The notes: generated by a model not told the origin, from the sequence alone. Positions 49,026 through 59,235 are shown, numbered from the stretch's first letter. The stretch is 64,000 bases of DNA from Halorarum halobium (GCF_032116555.1 NZ_CP134949.1:372001-436000), one strand, 5' to 3'. Translations and numbers: made by a program.

Positions 49026-49146
49026 GGTTCAGTTGCCGGAAAATCCGGGTGTTGGGGGGAAAAGGATTTCGAAGCGGCCGGCAGTCCGACGGCGGGCCGA
49101 CGAGGACGGCGTCGTTCTCCCCCCGGGCGTCGCCCGCCGCCCGGGG

Positions 49147-50394
49147 TTATCCCGAGTCGTCGCGTCCGAACGCCCGGATCCCGTCGGCGGCGACGACGTA
49201 CGCGCCGCCCTCGACGAGCGTCGGCGGGCCGCCGATCCCCGAGGCGATCACGTCGGAGATGCCTTTGTCCTCGGTTCGCCGGTGCCACCGTTCGGTCCCG
49301 TCCGCCAGGTCGAGCGCGTAGATCCGTGCCTCGGAGCCGGTCTCGCCGACGTAGACGGCCGCGTCGTCGACCGCGGGAGTGGTCGCCGAGCCGCGCGGAA
49401 CGCCGAACCGCCAGCGCTTGCTCCCGTCCGCGCGTTCCAGGCAGACGACCGCCTCGTTACCCGGGACGATGACCGCGTCCTCCGTGACCGCCGGCGTCGT
49501 CCGGCCGTCCGGTTCGACGCCGACGTCGGCGGTCCAGCCCACGCTCCCGTCGGCCACGTCGACCGCGCGGACGAGGCCGTCGGTGTCGAGGAGGAAGGCA
49601 GTTCCGGCCGCGAGCGCCGGGCCGGACTCGGACCCACTGGCGACGTCCACCTCCCAGACTGACTCGCCGTCGGTCGAGAACCCGTGCAGTACCCCGGCGT
49701 CGCTGGCGACGACGACGGTGCCGTCGGCGACCGCCGGCGGCGCCCGCACCTCGCCGTCGAGTTCGACCAGCCAGCGTTCGGTGCCGTCGGGTGCGAACGA
49801 GGCGACCGAGGACGGCGTCTGGAGTTCCCCCTGGGCGGCGTAGACGTCGCCGTCGACGACCGCCGGCGGCGTCGGGCCGCCCCCGCCGAAGTCGGTCCGC
49901 CACAGCCGCCCGTCGCCGCCCGGGTCGTACGCCTCCATCGCGGTGTAGCGCTGGACGTAGAGCCGCCCGTCGCCGACGGCGGGGACGGCCGCGGCCTCGC
50001 CGCCCAGTTCGACCGCCCACTGCTGCCGGCCGGTCGCGGCGTCGCGGGCGACGAGCAGCGAGTCACGGTTGCGCTCGACCGCGTACAGCGTCCCGTCGGC
50101 GACGACCGGCGTGGACAGCCGGCTGAAGAACGACCAGCCAAGCGACGGCTCCTCCGGCGTCGCAGTCCCGTCGAGTCGCCCCCGGCGGTCGGGCGTGTTG
50201 CCCCGCTGTGGCCACTCGGTGTCGGTCGGAAGGGGGGTTGGTGACCGGGGTGCCGCGGAGGTCGGGGGCGGCGGCGGGAAGCTGTGGGTGTCGGAGCCGG
50301 TCGGCGTCCCGTTCGGTCCGGCCCCAGGGACGCCGGCACAACCGGCGGTGGTGGCGAGGGCCGCGAGGAGGGCGCGTCGCGAGAGGCGGGGCAT
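49147..50394 (-). CDS. PQQ-like beta-propeller repeat Tat lipoprotein
   Basis: SRRALL..AGC signal, Pro/Thr linker, repeated PAVxDG..Y and DAxTG..W blades. Confidence 0.88.
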   Translation of the reverse strand: MPRLSRRALLAALATTAGCAGVPGAGPNGTPTGSDTHSFPPPPPTSAAPRSPTPLPTDTEWPQRGNTPDRRGRLDGTATPEEPSLGWSFFSRLSTPVVADGTLYAVERNRDSLLVARDAATGRQQWAVELGGEAAAVPAVGDGRLYVQRYTAMEAYDPGGDGRLWRTDFGGGGPTPPAVVDGDVYAAQGELQTPSSVASFAPDGTERWLVELDGEVRAPPAVADGTVVVASDAGVLHGFSTDGESVWEVDVASGSESGPALAAGTAFLLDTDGLVRAVDVADGSVGWTADVGVEPDGRTTPAVTEDAVIVPGNEAVVCLERADGSKRWRFGVPRGSATTPAVDDAAVYVGETGSEARIYALDLADGTERWHRRTEDKGISDVIASGIGGPPTLVEGGAYVVAADGIRAFGRDDSG

Positions 50395-50541
50395 GCGGTG
50401 GTGGACTCTGCCGTGTCGGATGAAGTGTCTTGTGTGCGAGTCGGCGGGTTCCCCTGGTCCCGCTCTCGCCCATCCGGCCCGGCTGGTATGAGCGCGTCGC
50501 AGGCGACCATCGGGATCGCGATACGCCGCCCAACAGCACGT

Positions 50542-50608
50542 CATATGGTATCCTAACCATATGTATGGGGCCCTCCCCATATATTTATGCCGTTGGGGCG
50601 ACTACCAC
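50542..50608. promoter_or_regulatory. Three tandem WTGG-N8-CCAY palindromes upstream of the TA-like pair
   Basis: CATATGGTATCCTAACCATATG (50542-63), TATGGGGCCCTCCCCATA (50564-81), TTGGGGCGACTACCAC (50593-608), flanking a TATTTAT box. Confidence 0.65.
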
Positions 50609-50611
50609 AGG

Positions 50612-50899
50612 ATGTCGATGGTGTACTCGGTCGTCGAGAACGAAGAAGACCGCGTCGGAACCCGTGTCACGCGCCGACGGATAATCAAAACCGACGACCC
50701 ACAGTACCCGAGCGGGTACCGCTACGCGCTCCACTACGGCTACACCGACGGCCGGGGCACCATCCTGCGGTACGACAATGAAAACGAGACGATCGGCCGC
50801 CATGAGCGTCACACCCCGGACGGAATCGAGCCCATCGATTTCCCCGGCATACTGGCACTGCGCGACCGGTTCCTCGACGAAATCGAGGCCCTACCATGA
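50612..50899 (+). CDS. DUF6516/TumE-like putative toxin
   Basis: YPSGYRYALHYG, ILRYDN, HERH, F..EI; 4-bp overlap with the downstream HTH gene. Confidence 0.7.
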   Translation: MSMVYSVVENEEDRVGTRVTRRRIIKTDDPQYPSGYRYALHYGYTDGRGTILRYDNENETIGRHERHTPDGIEPIDFPGILALRDRFLDEIEALP

Positions 50900-51324
50900 C
50901 CGATGACACCCTGAAGATCACGTTCGGACAGGCCGATGACCACCGGCGAGCCGCTCGCGAGCGGCTCCAGCGGGCAGAAGCCGGCGAGAGCGGCGACGCG
51001 ATCGAACAGGACGCTCGGTTCGTCCTCAACTTCGAGGAGTTTGGCGACGTCGAGCAGCTCATGCGGACGTCGAACCTCGAACTGCTGGACGCGATCATCT
51101 CCGAGCAGCCCGAGAGCATTCGCCAGGCGGCGATGGCGGTCGACCGAGACTACAAGGAGGTCCACCGGAACCTGCAGGAACTCGAATCACTGGGCGTGAT
51201 CGAGTTCACACGGGAGGGAACGAGCAAGAAACCGATTCTCCGAGGCGGAGCCGAAACGATCGACGTCTCGTTTCGGATGAAGGGACACGGCGAGATCGGT
51301 GATCGGTCTGGCGCGTCGGCGTGA
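50896..51324 (+). CDS. HVO_A0114-like wHTH DNA-binding protein (putative antitoxin)
   Basis: LELLDAI....PESIRQAA..VDRDYKEVHRNL.EL..LGVI, KKP. Confidence 0.8.
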   Translation: MTDDTLKITFGQADDHRRAARERLQRAEAGESGDAIEQDARFVLNFEEFGDVEQLMRTSNLELLDAIISEQPESIRQAAMAVDRDYKEVHRNLQELESLGVIEFTREGTSKKPILRGGAETIDVSFRMKGHGEIGDRSGASA

Positions 51325-51372
51325 AAGGACGACGGTGAAACCCGACCACGCCGGTTTCTCGCGGAAGCGTCG

Positions 51373-51503
51373 ATGGGAACCTCGGTAACGGAGTCGTCGT
51401 CGCCGTCCGCGCCGCCGAGCGTCGTCCTGCCGACGACGCGGTAGATCGACGCGTGCGCGGCGCTTGCTGCCAGCTCGACGAAAACCACGAGCCGCTGGTC
51501 GTC
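51373..51503 (+). pseudogene. Disrupted 5' fragment homologous to the glycosyltransferase at 53438
   Basis: About 90 bp similar to 53451-53545 (SVVLPTTR), with TGG>TAG and a 1-bp deletion. Confidence 0.7.
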
Positions 51504-51570
51504 CGGACGGCGCGGACGACCATGGCGTCGTTCCGGCCGCCGGAACCGGGGGCCACCACGAGCGGTCGCG

Positions 51571-52233
51571 TCAGCGATCGGTGCCGCCGACGTGGAGCGA
51601 CGAGAACACGGTCGCCTCGATCTTCCGGAGGTGTTCGCCCACGGTCGTCCCGGAGAGCCCGGTCACGGACGCGATCTCCTCGTGGGTCGCCCCGCGGGGC
51701 TCCCGGTAGTAGCCGAGGTCGACCGCCACCCGGAGCACCTCCCGCTGGCGCTCGGTCAGCCGGGAGACGACGTGGCGCGGGCCGGGCGTGTACGGGCCGG
51801 TCCGTTCGATCTCGATCCTGACGCCCTCGGGCCGCTCGGCGAACGCGTCGGCGAAGGCCGACTCCGTCCCGATGTACGTCGCCCGGAGGCCGCCGTCGTC
51901 GGTGTACTCGACCGGCATCTCGATGAGGGACGACGACTCGCGCCGGCCCTCCATGAGCAGCCTCGTCAGGTCGTCCGCCGCGTAGCGCGTGTACGAGAAG
52001 AACCCGCCGTCGTCGCCGGAGACCGAGAACTCGACCACCTCGGGCGACTCCGACAGGATTCGGCGGAGCCCCCCGACGTCGCCCCGCCCCTCCGCGAACA
52101 TGGCGACGGTGTCGTCGTCCAGGAGTTCCATCCGGTGGATGGCGCGGTACTCGAGGCCGAGGTCGAGGACCCGCCGGTCGAGCCGGTTGATCCCGTCCTC
52201 GTCGGGGTAGGCGACGACGGTGACGTAGCGCAT
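51571..52233 (-). CDS. Bacterio-opsin activator-type HTH_10 regulator
   Basis: LTERQREVL..AV.LGYY..PR.AT.EEIA...G....TVGEHLRKIE; ATG at 52233. Confidence 0.9.
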   Translation of the reverse strand: MRYVTVVAYPDEDGINRLDRRVLDLGLEYRAIHRMELLDDDTVAMFAEGRGDVGGLRRILSESPEVVEFSVSGDDGGFFSYTRYAADDLTRLLMEGRRESSSLIEMPVEYTDDGGLRATYIGTESAFADAFAERPEGVRIEIERTGPYTPGPRHVVSRLTERQREVLRVAVDLGYYREPRGATHEEIASVTGLSGTTVGEHLRKIEATVFSSLHVGGTDR

Positions 52234-52545
52234 GCGCCCCGATGGGTCGCCATCCCCCAAGTCGGTGTCTAAAAGCGTCCATGGATGGCCGGCAGCACGC
52301 TCACGGTCCCCGGCTGCGGAGCCGTACCCGATGGATTTCGGAGACGCGACGTGGCAGACGGTGGGCTCCGGTCCCGACGCCGGAGCCGAACGAGCGAACG
52401 CCCCCGACACTCGTCGGGCTCGGTTCCGCACCCGTCGTGGCGACGCCGCTCCGAAACGTGTGAACCGCTGCGGACGGTGGACGGGACCGGTCCGTGGTTC
52501 TCGCCGATCGCCGCGGTTCATCACGGATCGGGTGCCATCCCGCGG

Positions 52546-53310
52546 ATGACGACGCCGACCGACGGGGAGGTCATCGTCCTCACCGGCGCGAACGAGGGGA
52601 TCGGCTACCACATGCTCAGGGCGCTTGCCGAGGAGGACCGTCGGATCGCCGCGCTCGACGTGAACGGGGACGACGTCCTCGACGTTCGGGACGACGCGAC
52701 CGCCCGGGTTCGATACGACGAGTGCGACGTCACCGACACCGACGACGTGACGACGGCGGTGAACGACGTCGTGGCGGAGTGGGGCCGGATCGACGTCCTC
52801 GTCAACAACGCGGGCGTGGCAGACGTCGGACTCTTCGAGGAGCAGTCGATGGCCGAGACGCGCCGCGAGTTCGAGGTCAACTTCTTCGGCTATCAGCGGC
52901 TGATTCGGGCGGTCCTCCCGCACATGCGGGCGCGGGGGACCGGGATCATCCACAACATGTGCTCGGGAACGGCCGACACCGGGCACCCCGGCCTGTCCGG
53001 CTACGCCGCGACCAAGGGTGCCATCAAGGCGTTCGTCCGCTCGCTCCGGCTCGAACTCCGCGACACGGGCGTCTCCTGTACGCTGATGGTTCCGCCGTCC
53101 GTGGACACGGGGATGACCGCCGACCTGGACTACCCCGAGCGGATGACGGTCGCCCCCGAGAACGTCGGCCGCAAGCTGGCCGGCAAGATCCACTCGACCC
53201 GGCCGGTGATCACGCCCGACCTGACGACGCGAGTCGGACTGTCGCTCACCCGGCGGTTCCCGTCGCTCTGGCGACGAATGACGGCGGGGGTCGTCGGCGA
53301 CCCGGAGTGA
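52546..53310 (+). CDS. SDR family oxidoreductase
   Basis: TGANEGIG, VNNAG, YAATK. Confidence 0.9.
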   Translation: MTTPTDGEVIVLTGANEGIGYHMLRALAEEDRRIAALDVNGDDVLDVRDDATARVRYDECDVTDTDDVTTAVNDVVAEWGRIDVLVNNAGVADVGLFEEQSMAETRREFEVNFFGYQRLIRAVLPHMRARGTGIIHNMCSGTADTGHPGLSGYAATKGAIKAFVRSLRLELRDTGVSCTLMVPPSVDTGMTADLDYPERMTVAPENVGRKLAGKIHSTRPVITPDLTTRVGLSLTRRFPSLWRRMTAGVVGDPE

Positions 53311-53437
53311 CGACGCGACCGACCCGGTGGCGACCGCCAGCGGGCGTGTGGCCGACGGCGTCCGGGTGCCGTCGCCCATAAGCGTCCGTGGATGGCCGGC
53401 AGCGGGCTCACCGTCCCCCGGCGCGGAACTATCCACG

Positions 53438-54352
53438 ATGACCGACCACCCGCCGACGAGCGTCGTCCTGCCGACGACGCGGTGGACCGACGCGTGCGCG
53501 GAGCTGGCCGCCCAGGTGGACGAGGGCGACGAACTGCTCGTCGTTCACGACACCGGGGACGACCCCGTCGCCGGGCGGGACGACGTCCCCGAGGGCGTCC
53601 GGCTCGTCGCCGCCGGCGAGCCGGAGCGCTGTTCGGGGAAGGCCAACGCCATCGCCGCCGGGATGGAGACGGCGCGCCACGATCGGCTCGTCTGGACGGA
53701 CGACGACTTCCACCACCCGCCGGACTGGCTGGCGACGATGAACGCGGACTACGCGGAGCACGGGCCGACCTCGGAGGTGCCGTACTTCGTCGGGCAGGAC
53801 CCCCTGTCGGTGCTGCTCGAACCGCTGTACGCCTCGGCCGGCTCGCTCCCGCTCGCCCTCGGCAACCAGATCTGGGGCGGCGCGGTCGTGTTCGACCGAA
53901 CCGACATCGACGAGGCCGCGTTCCTGGACGAGCTTCGGCGGACCGTCAGCGACGACGGCCTCCTGATGGAGCATCTCGACGTGACGACCGTCGGCCGGAC
54001 GCGACCCGTCCACGTCGGCGGGAGCGTCCGCGAGGCGGTCGAGCGCCCGGTCCGGTGGGGGCAGATCCTCCGGTGGCACTTCCCCGGCGCGATGGTCGGG
54101 ACGTGGCTCGTCTCGCTGCTCGTCCTCGCCGGTGCGGTCCTGGCCCCGCTCCCCGCGGCGGCGGTGCTGACGGCGGGACACCTCGCGGTCAACGAGGTCC
54201 TCGGCGTCCGCCGGTGGACGGCCGTGCTCGCGTACCCGTCGCTGTTCGTCTTCGTCCCGCTCGTGGGTTTCGCGCTCCTCAGCCGGACGTTCGTCTGGGG
54301 CGGCCGGCGGTACCGCTGGCGCGGGAAGTTCGACGTGACGGTCCTCGAGTAG
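53438..54352 (+). CDS. GT2 glycosyltransferase (ceramide glucosyltransferase-like), membrane-bound
   Basis: SVVLPT, SGKANA, WTDDD, SDDG, RW, hydrophobic C-terminus, WGGRRYRW. Confidence 0.82.
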   Translation: MTDHPPTSVVLPTTRWTDACAELAAQVDEGDELLVVHDTGDDPVAGRDDVPEGVRLVAAGEPERCSGKANAIAAGMETARHDRLVWTDDDFHHPPDWLATMNADYAEHGPTSEVPYFVGQDPLSVLLEPLYASAGSLPLALGNQIWGGAVVFDRTDIDEAAFLDELRRTVSDDGLLMEHLDVTTVGRTRPVHVGGSVREAVERPVRWGQILRWHFPGAMVGTWLVSLLVLAGAVLAPLPAAAVLTAGHLAVNEVLGVRRWTAVLAYPSLFVFVPLVGFALLSRTFVWGGRRYRWRGKFDVTVLE

Positions 54353-54453
54353 CGAATCGTCCGGACCGGACCCGGTTCACGTCACCGCGCGCCGTCGATC
54401 CCTGCGGGTTCACAGCCGTTCCGGACGACACGGGAGAACGTGACGCGACGACC

Positions 54454-54984
54454 TCACCGCCGCTCCAGCAGCTCGAACGCCGCCGCCGCGTCGCCGTCCA
54501 TCCGCTTCATGAGGTCGCGCGCCTCCGCCTTCGTCTCCGCGGTCACGGGGACGAGCACCATCCCCTCGTCGGGCTGGCCGTAGACGACGCTCGCGCCCTC
54601 CGGAGCGGCGACGATGGCGGGGAGCGTGGCGAGGTCCTCCTCGCCGGTCACGTGGACGACGACGTGGTCCTCGCGGTCGATCGCCTCCCGGAGCGCGGAA
54701 AGCATGGCAGAAGAGAGCGTCGCGGGCTCGTTGTCGACCTCGAGGCGGTCGTTCCCGCCCGCGAGGACCGCGGCGATCTCCTCGCCCACGGCCTCGCGTT
54801 TCGTCTTCCCGTCGAGCACGGAGACGTCGGGGTCGCGGTCGGCGACGCGGAGGTGGTAGGTGACGACGTCGCCGACGGCGAGGATCGGGTCGCCGGCGTC
54901 CGCGAGCAGCGCGTCCGTATCGGCGTAGACGTCGCCGAGCGGCTCCTTGAACGCGCCGCGGAGGGAGTCGGGGAGCCGGAGCAT
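54454..54984 (-). CDS. GTP-dependent dephospho-CoA kinase (DUF359)
   Basis: KEPLG, VGDVVT, DGKTKR, GEEDLA.LP, YGQP.EG; conserved position after spt4. Confidence 0.92.
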   Translation of the reverse strand: MLRLPDSLRGAFKEPLGDVYADTDALLADAGDPILAVGDVVTYHLRVADRDPDVSVLDGKTKREAVGEEIAAVLAGGNDRLEVDNEPATLSSAMLSALREAIDREDHVVVHVTGEEDLATLPAIVAAPEGASVVYGQPDEGMVLVPVTAETKAEARDLMKRMDGDAAAAFELLERR

Positions 54985-54988
54985 CCCG

Positions 54989-55186
54989 TCAGCGGACCTT
55001 CAGTGCGTAGCTGCCCGGCTCGCTCACGTTCATCTCGGGGGCGATCTCCGAGCTCTCGGGGTGGGTGATGATGACGTAGCCGGCCCAGTCCTCCGTGAGC
55101 GAGGAGGAGCCGCAGCTGTCACAGGTCTGGCTGTCCGGGTCGTTCACGTAGTGGCACTCGCGGCACGCGAGCCGGTCTTCCGCCAT
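54989..55186 (-). CDS. spt4: Transcription elongation factor Spt4 (RpoE'')
   Basis: ACRECH..CDSCG, DWAGYVII..P..SEIA, PG.YALKVR. Confidence 0.96.
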   Translation of the reverse strand: MAEDRLACRECHYVNDPDSQTCDSCGSSSLTEDWAGYVIITHPESSEIAPEMNVSEPGSYALKVR

Positions 55187-55759
55187 CTAGCTCCCCTCCG
55201 CGGTCGCCTCCCGCTCCTCGGCGTCGGCTTCCAGCCACTGGTGCTTGCCGAGGCCGGGCTGTTTCGCGGTGAGGCCGATCTTGGAGTCGCGGGGGTTGCG
55301 CTCGTCGATGCTCTTGGTCACGACGCGAACCCGGACCGAGTCCTCGACGCCGAGCGTCTGGTTGGATTCGGTCGAGGCGAGCTGCTGGTTCTCGCCGTCG
55401 TAGGCGAGGTACTCGTCGGAGATCTGCGAGACGTGGAGCAGCCCGTCGACCGGGCCGATGCCCACGAACGCGCCGAACTCGACGACCTCGACGACGTTGC
55501 CGTCGACGACCTCCTGCATGTCCGGGTCGAAGGTGACGGCGTCGAACTCCGCCTCGTAGTAGACGCCCGGGCGGTTCGGGAGGACCGCACCATCGCCGAT
55601 GTCGTTCACCCGGGTGACGCTGACGACGCTGCCCACGTCCTCGTCCATCCGCCCTTCGAGCTTGTCCTGCAGCAGCTTTCGCACCCTGCTGTTCGTCACG
55701 TCGGCCAGGTGTTCGGGTGGCACCTCGACCGTGTCCTTGAGTCGTACCCGCTTGTACAT
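55187..55759 (-). CDS. rpo7: DNA-directed RNA polymerase subunit Rpo7 (E')
   Basis: MYKRVRLKDTVEVPP, FGAFVGIGPVDGLLHVSQI, KIGLT.KQPGLGK. Confidence 0.97.
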   Translation of the reverse strand: MYKRVRLKDTVEVPPEHLADVTNSRVRKLLQDKLEGRMDEDVGSVVSVTRVNDIGDGAVLPNRPGVYYEAEFDAVTFDPDMQEVVDGNVVEVVEFGAFVGIGPVDGLLHVSQISDEYLAYDGENQQLASTESNQTLGVEDSVRVRVVTKSIDERNPRDSKIGLTAKQPGLGKHQWLEADAEEREATAEGS

Positions 55760-55760
55760 G

Positions 55761-56141
55761 TTATTGTGCTGTTACCGCCAGTGTGTTCCCGCCCCTTAAA
55801 CAGATTACGCGAACGGCTCGGTCCGCGAGCCGCTCGCGCAGGGGGCCGTCGTTCGTGACGACGTAGCCGTCGAACCCGCCCGACGCGAGTTCGACGACGG
55901 CGTCGTCGGCGTACGATTCGTCCGTCTCGACCACGCGGGCGCGCTCGGCGAGATCCCGGCCGACCGCGGCCGCTTTCGCCTCCGCGCCCGCGCCCTCCCG
56001 CAGCTTCTCCAGTTCCGCGAGGACCGCCGCCGGGGTGACGTACTCGGCGTCCGCCACCAGCGCGTCGACCGCCTCGAACAGCCGCACGTCGCACTCGACG
56101 GGCATCATGAGCGCGTTCGTGTCGAGGACGACGGTCGTCAC
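55761..56141 (-). CDS. PIN domain protein (Fcf1/Utp24-like)
   Basis: VVLDTNALM, V..EL, YADD, VVTND..L; GTG start; conserved position after aIF2-gamma. Confidence 0.88.
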   Translation of the reverse strand: MTTVVLDTNALMMPVECDVRLFEAVDALVADAEYVTPAAVLAELEKLREGAGAEAKAAAVGRDLAERARVVETDESYADDAVVELASGGFDGYVVTNDGPLRERLADRAVRVICLRGGNTLAVTAQ

Positions 56142-56150
56142 GGTCGATAC

Positions 56151-57377
56151 CTACGTCAGGGTCCCGACGCCGATGAGTCGCCAGCGGGCGCCCATCCGTC
56201 GGTTGATCGCGATCTTCGCGCCCGCCTCCGCACAGACCGGGCGCTTCAGCGACACCTCGCACTCGCCCTCGCGGGCGCTCGTCACCGCGCCGACCGTCGT
56301 CGCCGTGCCCACGGTGAGCATCAGCGGCTCGCCGGTCGAGATCTCCTCGACCTCGCCCTCGCCGACGACGCGCTCTAACAGTTCGACGTCCATCTCGAAC
56401 GCCTCGCGCGTCGGCGGGAGGCTGCCGGGCTCGCCGGCGACCTGGCCCGCGAGCGCGTCGCCCTTCGTCAGGCTCGGGTCCAGGCCGGTGCCGACGCCGA
56501 GCAGGCCGCCCGGGCCGACCGTCTCGGCGGGCTGGCCGCCCGCCTGGAGCGACCGGACGCTCGTCTCGATCGGCCGGTACTCGGACTGGCCGCCCTCCTC
56601 GACCTCGCGGCCGGGTCGGAGTTCGAGGTCGTCGCCGGCCTCGAGGGTACCCTGCGAGAGCGACCCGCCGAGCACGCCGCCGAGCAGTTCGTCGGCGGTC
56701 GTGCCGGGCCGGTTGATGTCGAACGAGCGCGCGACGTACATCCGCGAGGCGAGCGTCTCGTCGCGCTCGGGCGTCGGGATCTCCGCCTCGATCGCCCCGA
56801 TGAGGTAGTCGACGTTGATCTCCTGCTGGGCGCTGATGGGGACGATCGGGGCGTCCTCGGCCACCGTGCCCTCGACGAACTCCTCGATCTGGGCGTAGTT
56901 CTCGCGGGCGCGGTCGGCGCTCACGAGGTCGATCTTGTTCTGTGCGATGACGATGTTGTCGATGCCGATGATGTCCAGGGCCATCAGGTGCTCCTCGGTC
57001 TGGGCCTGGGGCACGTCCTCGGTCGCGGACACGACCAGGACCGCGCCGTCCATGATGGACGCCCCGGACAGCATCGTCGCCATCAGCGTCTCGTGGCCCG
57101 GCGCGTCGACGAACGAGACCGTCCGCAGTAGCTCGGTCTCGACGTCGTGCTCCGGACACGTCTCCTCGACGGTGAACGCCTCGGGCTCGTCGCACTCGGG
57201 ACACTTGCGCAGCGTCGCGTCGGCGTAGCCCAGCCTGATGGAGATGCCGCGTTTCATCTCCTCGCTGTGCTGGTCGGTCCACGACCCAGAGAGGGCCTGA
57301 ACCAGCGTGGTCTTGCCGTGGTCCACGTGGCCGACGAGTCCGATGTTCACCTCCGGTTGTGTGTTCTCCGTCACCAT
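56151..57377 (-). CDS. eif2g: Translation initiation factor aIF2 gamma subunit
   Basis: [45 protein letters not shown]. Confidence 0.97.
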   Translation of the reverse strand: MVTENTQPEVNIGLVGHVDHGKTTLVQALSGSWTDQHSEEMKRGISIRLGYADATLRKCPECDEPEAFTVEETCPEHDVETELLRTVSFVDAPGHETLMATMLSGASIMDGAVLVVSATEDVPQAQTEEHLMALDIIGIDNIVIAQNKIDLVSADRARENYAQIEEFVEGTVAEDAPIVPISAQQEINVDYLIGAIEAEIPTPERDETLASRMYVARSFDINRPGTTADELLGGVLGGSLSQGTLEAGDDLELRPGREVEEGGQSEYRPIETSVRSLQAGGQPAETVGPGGLLGVGTGLDPSLTKGDALAGQVAGEPGSLPPTREAFEMDVELLERVVGEGEVEEISTGEPLMLTVGTATTVGAVTSAREGECEVSLKRPVCAEAGAKIAINRRMGARWRLIGVGTLT

Positions 57378-57629
57378 TGACCTCCGAGAGAGATTCTCGT
57401 TGTGGATTTTTCGGCCCGAGCGAATGATAAAGGTGCTGTTCTGGGGTTCCGCGCCGCCTTGCGGTTTTCCCGCTCGCTTCGTGTGAACGTGTGTCAGTGA
57501 GTGGTTTCGGTTCGGGTTCCGGTGGTGGTCATTGCGGGGACGGCCGTGGGGACGAACACACTGATTTCGTTGGTGACGACGTGCACCCGCTAATTTCAGT
57601 GACGCCGTGCAGACCGCTGCTGCTTGACC

Positions 57630-58040
57630 TAGGAGGACCTCGCCCTCCCCAGCCTCCTGCGATGCTCGCTCGCAGGCTCGCTGCGCTTCTCGTCCCTCGC
57701 GCGCATCCGGCGGGCACGGAGGCCCGCCGGCACGCGCCGACCGCACTTGGACGGACGAGGTTCGTGGCGCGCGGCGTTCACGAGAGCTCCGCTCTCGTGA
57801 GCTCACGAGACGCACGGCGTCTCGTGAACGGCCAAGCGGAGCGCGGCCGCTCGTGCGAGGCTCACGCGAGCGCAGCGAGTCTTCCGTGAGCGCGGACCGT
57901 CAAGCACCGCAGCGCGACCGGAGGGAGCGCGAGGAGCGTGGTTCGAAAGGCGCGAGCGCCGTTCGTCATCACGAAAACCTTCGGTTTTCGAACGACAGCG
58001 GCCGCACCGAGTCGATAGCCGCGGGGGCTTTCGAGGCGGT
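57630..58040. repeat. Hairpin-rich haloarchaeal intergenic repeat (REP/MITE-like) element
   Basis: Stem-loops TCACGAGAGC-tcc-GCTCTCGTGA, TCACGAGACGC-acg-GCGTCTCGTGA, CGAAAACC-ttc-GGTTTTCG; ends CCTCGCCCTCCCCAGCC and GGGGGCTTTCGAGG recall common haloarchaeal intergenic repeats; boundaries approximate. Confidence 0.5.
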
Positions 58041-58227
58041 CCGACCGAGACGAATGACTCCGACCCCGACAGGAGCTCCCGAGGCAGTTCGAACGGAAGG
58101 AACGGCCGGGTCGGGGACGTCCGCGTTCACCACTGTACCAGTCCCTACGACGATACCCGTCAAGACCCCCGAGACGAATCGGCATACATCCGAAAGAAGT
58201 AATCCTACGACACCAGTCAGGACGGAC

Positions 58228-59235
58228 ATGGACGCCTACGAGCGGATTACCCGGAACGTCTCCGAGGTAGTCACCGAGGAGGAGGTGCGGGCGCTGGCCG
58301 ACGACGCCGACGGCAAACGGGCGTACGTCGGCTACGAGCCGTCCGGCGTCCTCCACATCGGGCACATGCTGACCGCGAACAAGCTCATCGACTTACAGGA
58401 GGCGGGCTTCGAGGTCGTCGTCCTCCTGGCCGACGTGCACGCCCACCTCAACGACAAGGGGAGCTTCGAGGAGATCCGCGAGACCGCAGAGCGGATGAAG
58501 CGGCAGTTCATCGCGTACGGGCTCGACGAGGAGCAGACCGAGTTCGTGTACGGCTCCGAGTTCCAGCTCGACGAGGAGTACGTGCTCGACCTCCACGAAC
58601 TCGAGGTGTCGACCACGCTCAACCGCGCGCAACGGGCGATGGCCGAGATCCAGGGCGGCGACACCGCGAAGGTGAGCCACGTCGTCTACCCTCTGATGCA
58701 GGCGCTCGACGTCGAGTACCTCGATCTCGACCTCGCGGTCGGCGGGATGGACCAGCGGAAGGTCCACATGCTCCACCGCGAGATCGTCCCGGGGCTGGGC
58801 TACGAGTCCCGGCCGTGCCTGCACACGCCGATCATCGCCGACCTGACCTCCGGCGTCGGGAAGATGTCCTCCTCCTCGGGCGTCTCGCTCTCGATGGAGG
58901 ACTCGACCGCGGACATCGCAGAGAAGGTCAACGCGGCCTACTGCCCGCCGACGCGGGACCCCGACCCCGACGACGAGGGGAACGAGCGCGAAAACCCCGT
59001 CCTGGAGATCTTCCGGTTCCACGTGTTCCCGCGCTTCGAGACGGTCGTCGTCGAGCGCCCCGACGAGTACGGCGGCGACCTGACGTACGAGGAGTACGAG
59101 GACCTGGCCGCGGACCTGGAATCGGGCGAACTCCACCCCGCCGACGCGAAGGGTGCGCTCGCGGACTACCTCGACGAACTCGTCGCGCCGGGCCGCGCGG
59201 TGCTCGCCGAGTTCGCCGGCGACGCCGACCAGTAA
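58228..59235 (+). CDS. tyrS: Tyrosine--tRNA ligase
   Basis: YVGYEPSG.LHIGH, ADVHAHLN, YPLMQALD, GG.DQRK.H, KMSSS, LHPADAK. Confidence 0.97.
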   Translation: MDAYERITRNVSEVVTEEEVRALADDADGKRAYVGYEPSGVLHIGHMLTANKLIDLQEAGFEVVVLLADVHAHLNDKGSFEEIRETAERMKRQFIAYGLDEEQTEFVYGSEFQLDEEYVLDLHELEVSTTLNRAQRAMAEIQGGDTAKVSHVVYPLMQALDVEYLDLDLAVGGMDQRKVHMLHREIVPGLGYESRPCLHTPIIADLTSGVGKMSSSSGVSLSMEDSTADIAEKVNAAYCPPTRDPDPDDEGNERENPVLEIFRFHVFPRFETVVVERPDEYGGDLTYEEYEDLAADLESGELHPADAKGALADYLDELVAPGRAVLAEFAGDADQ

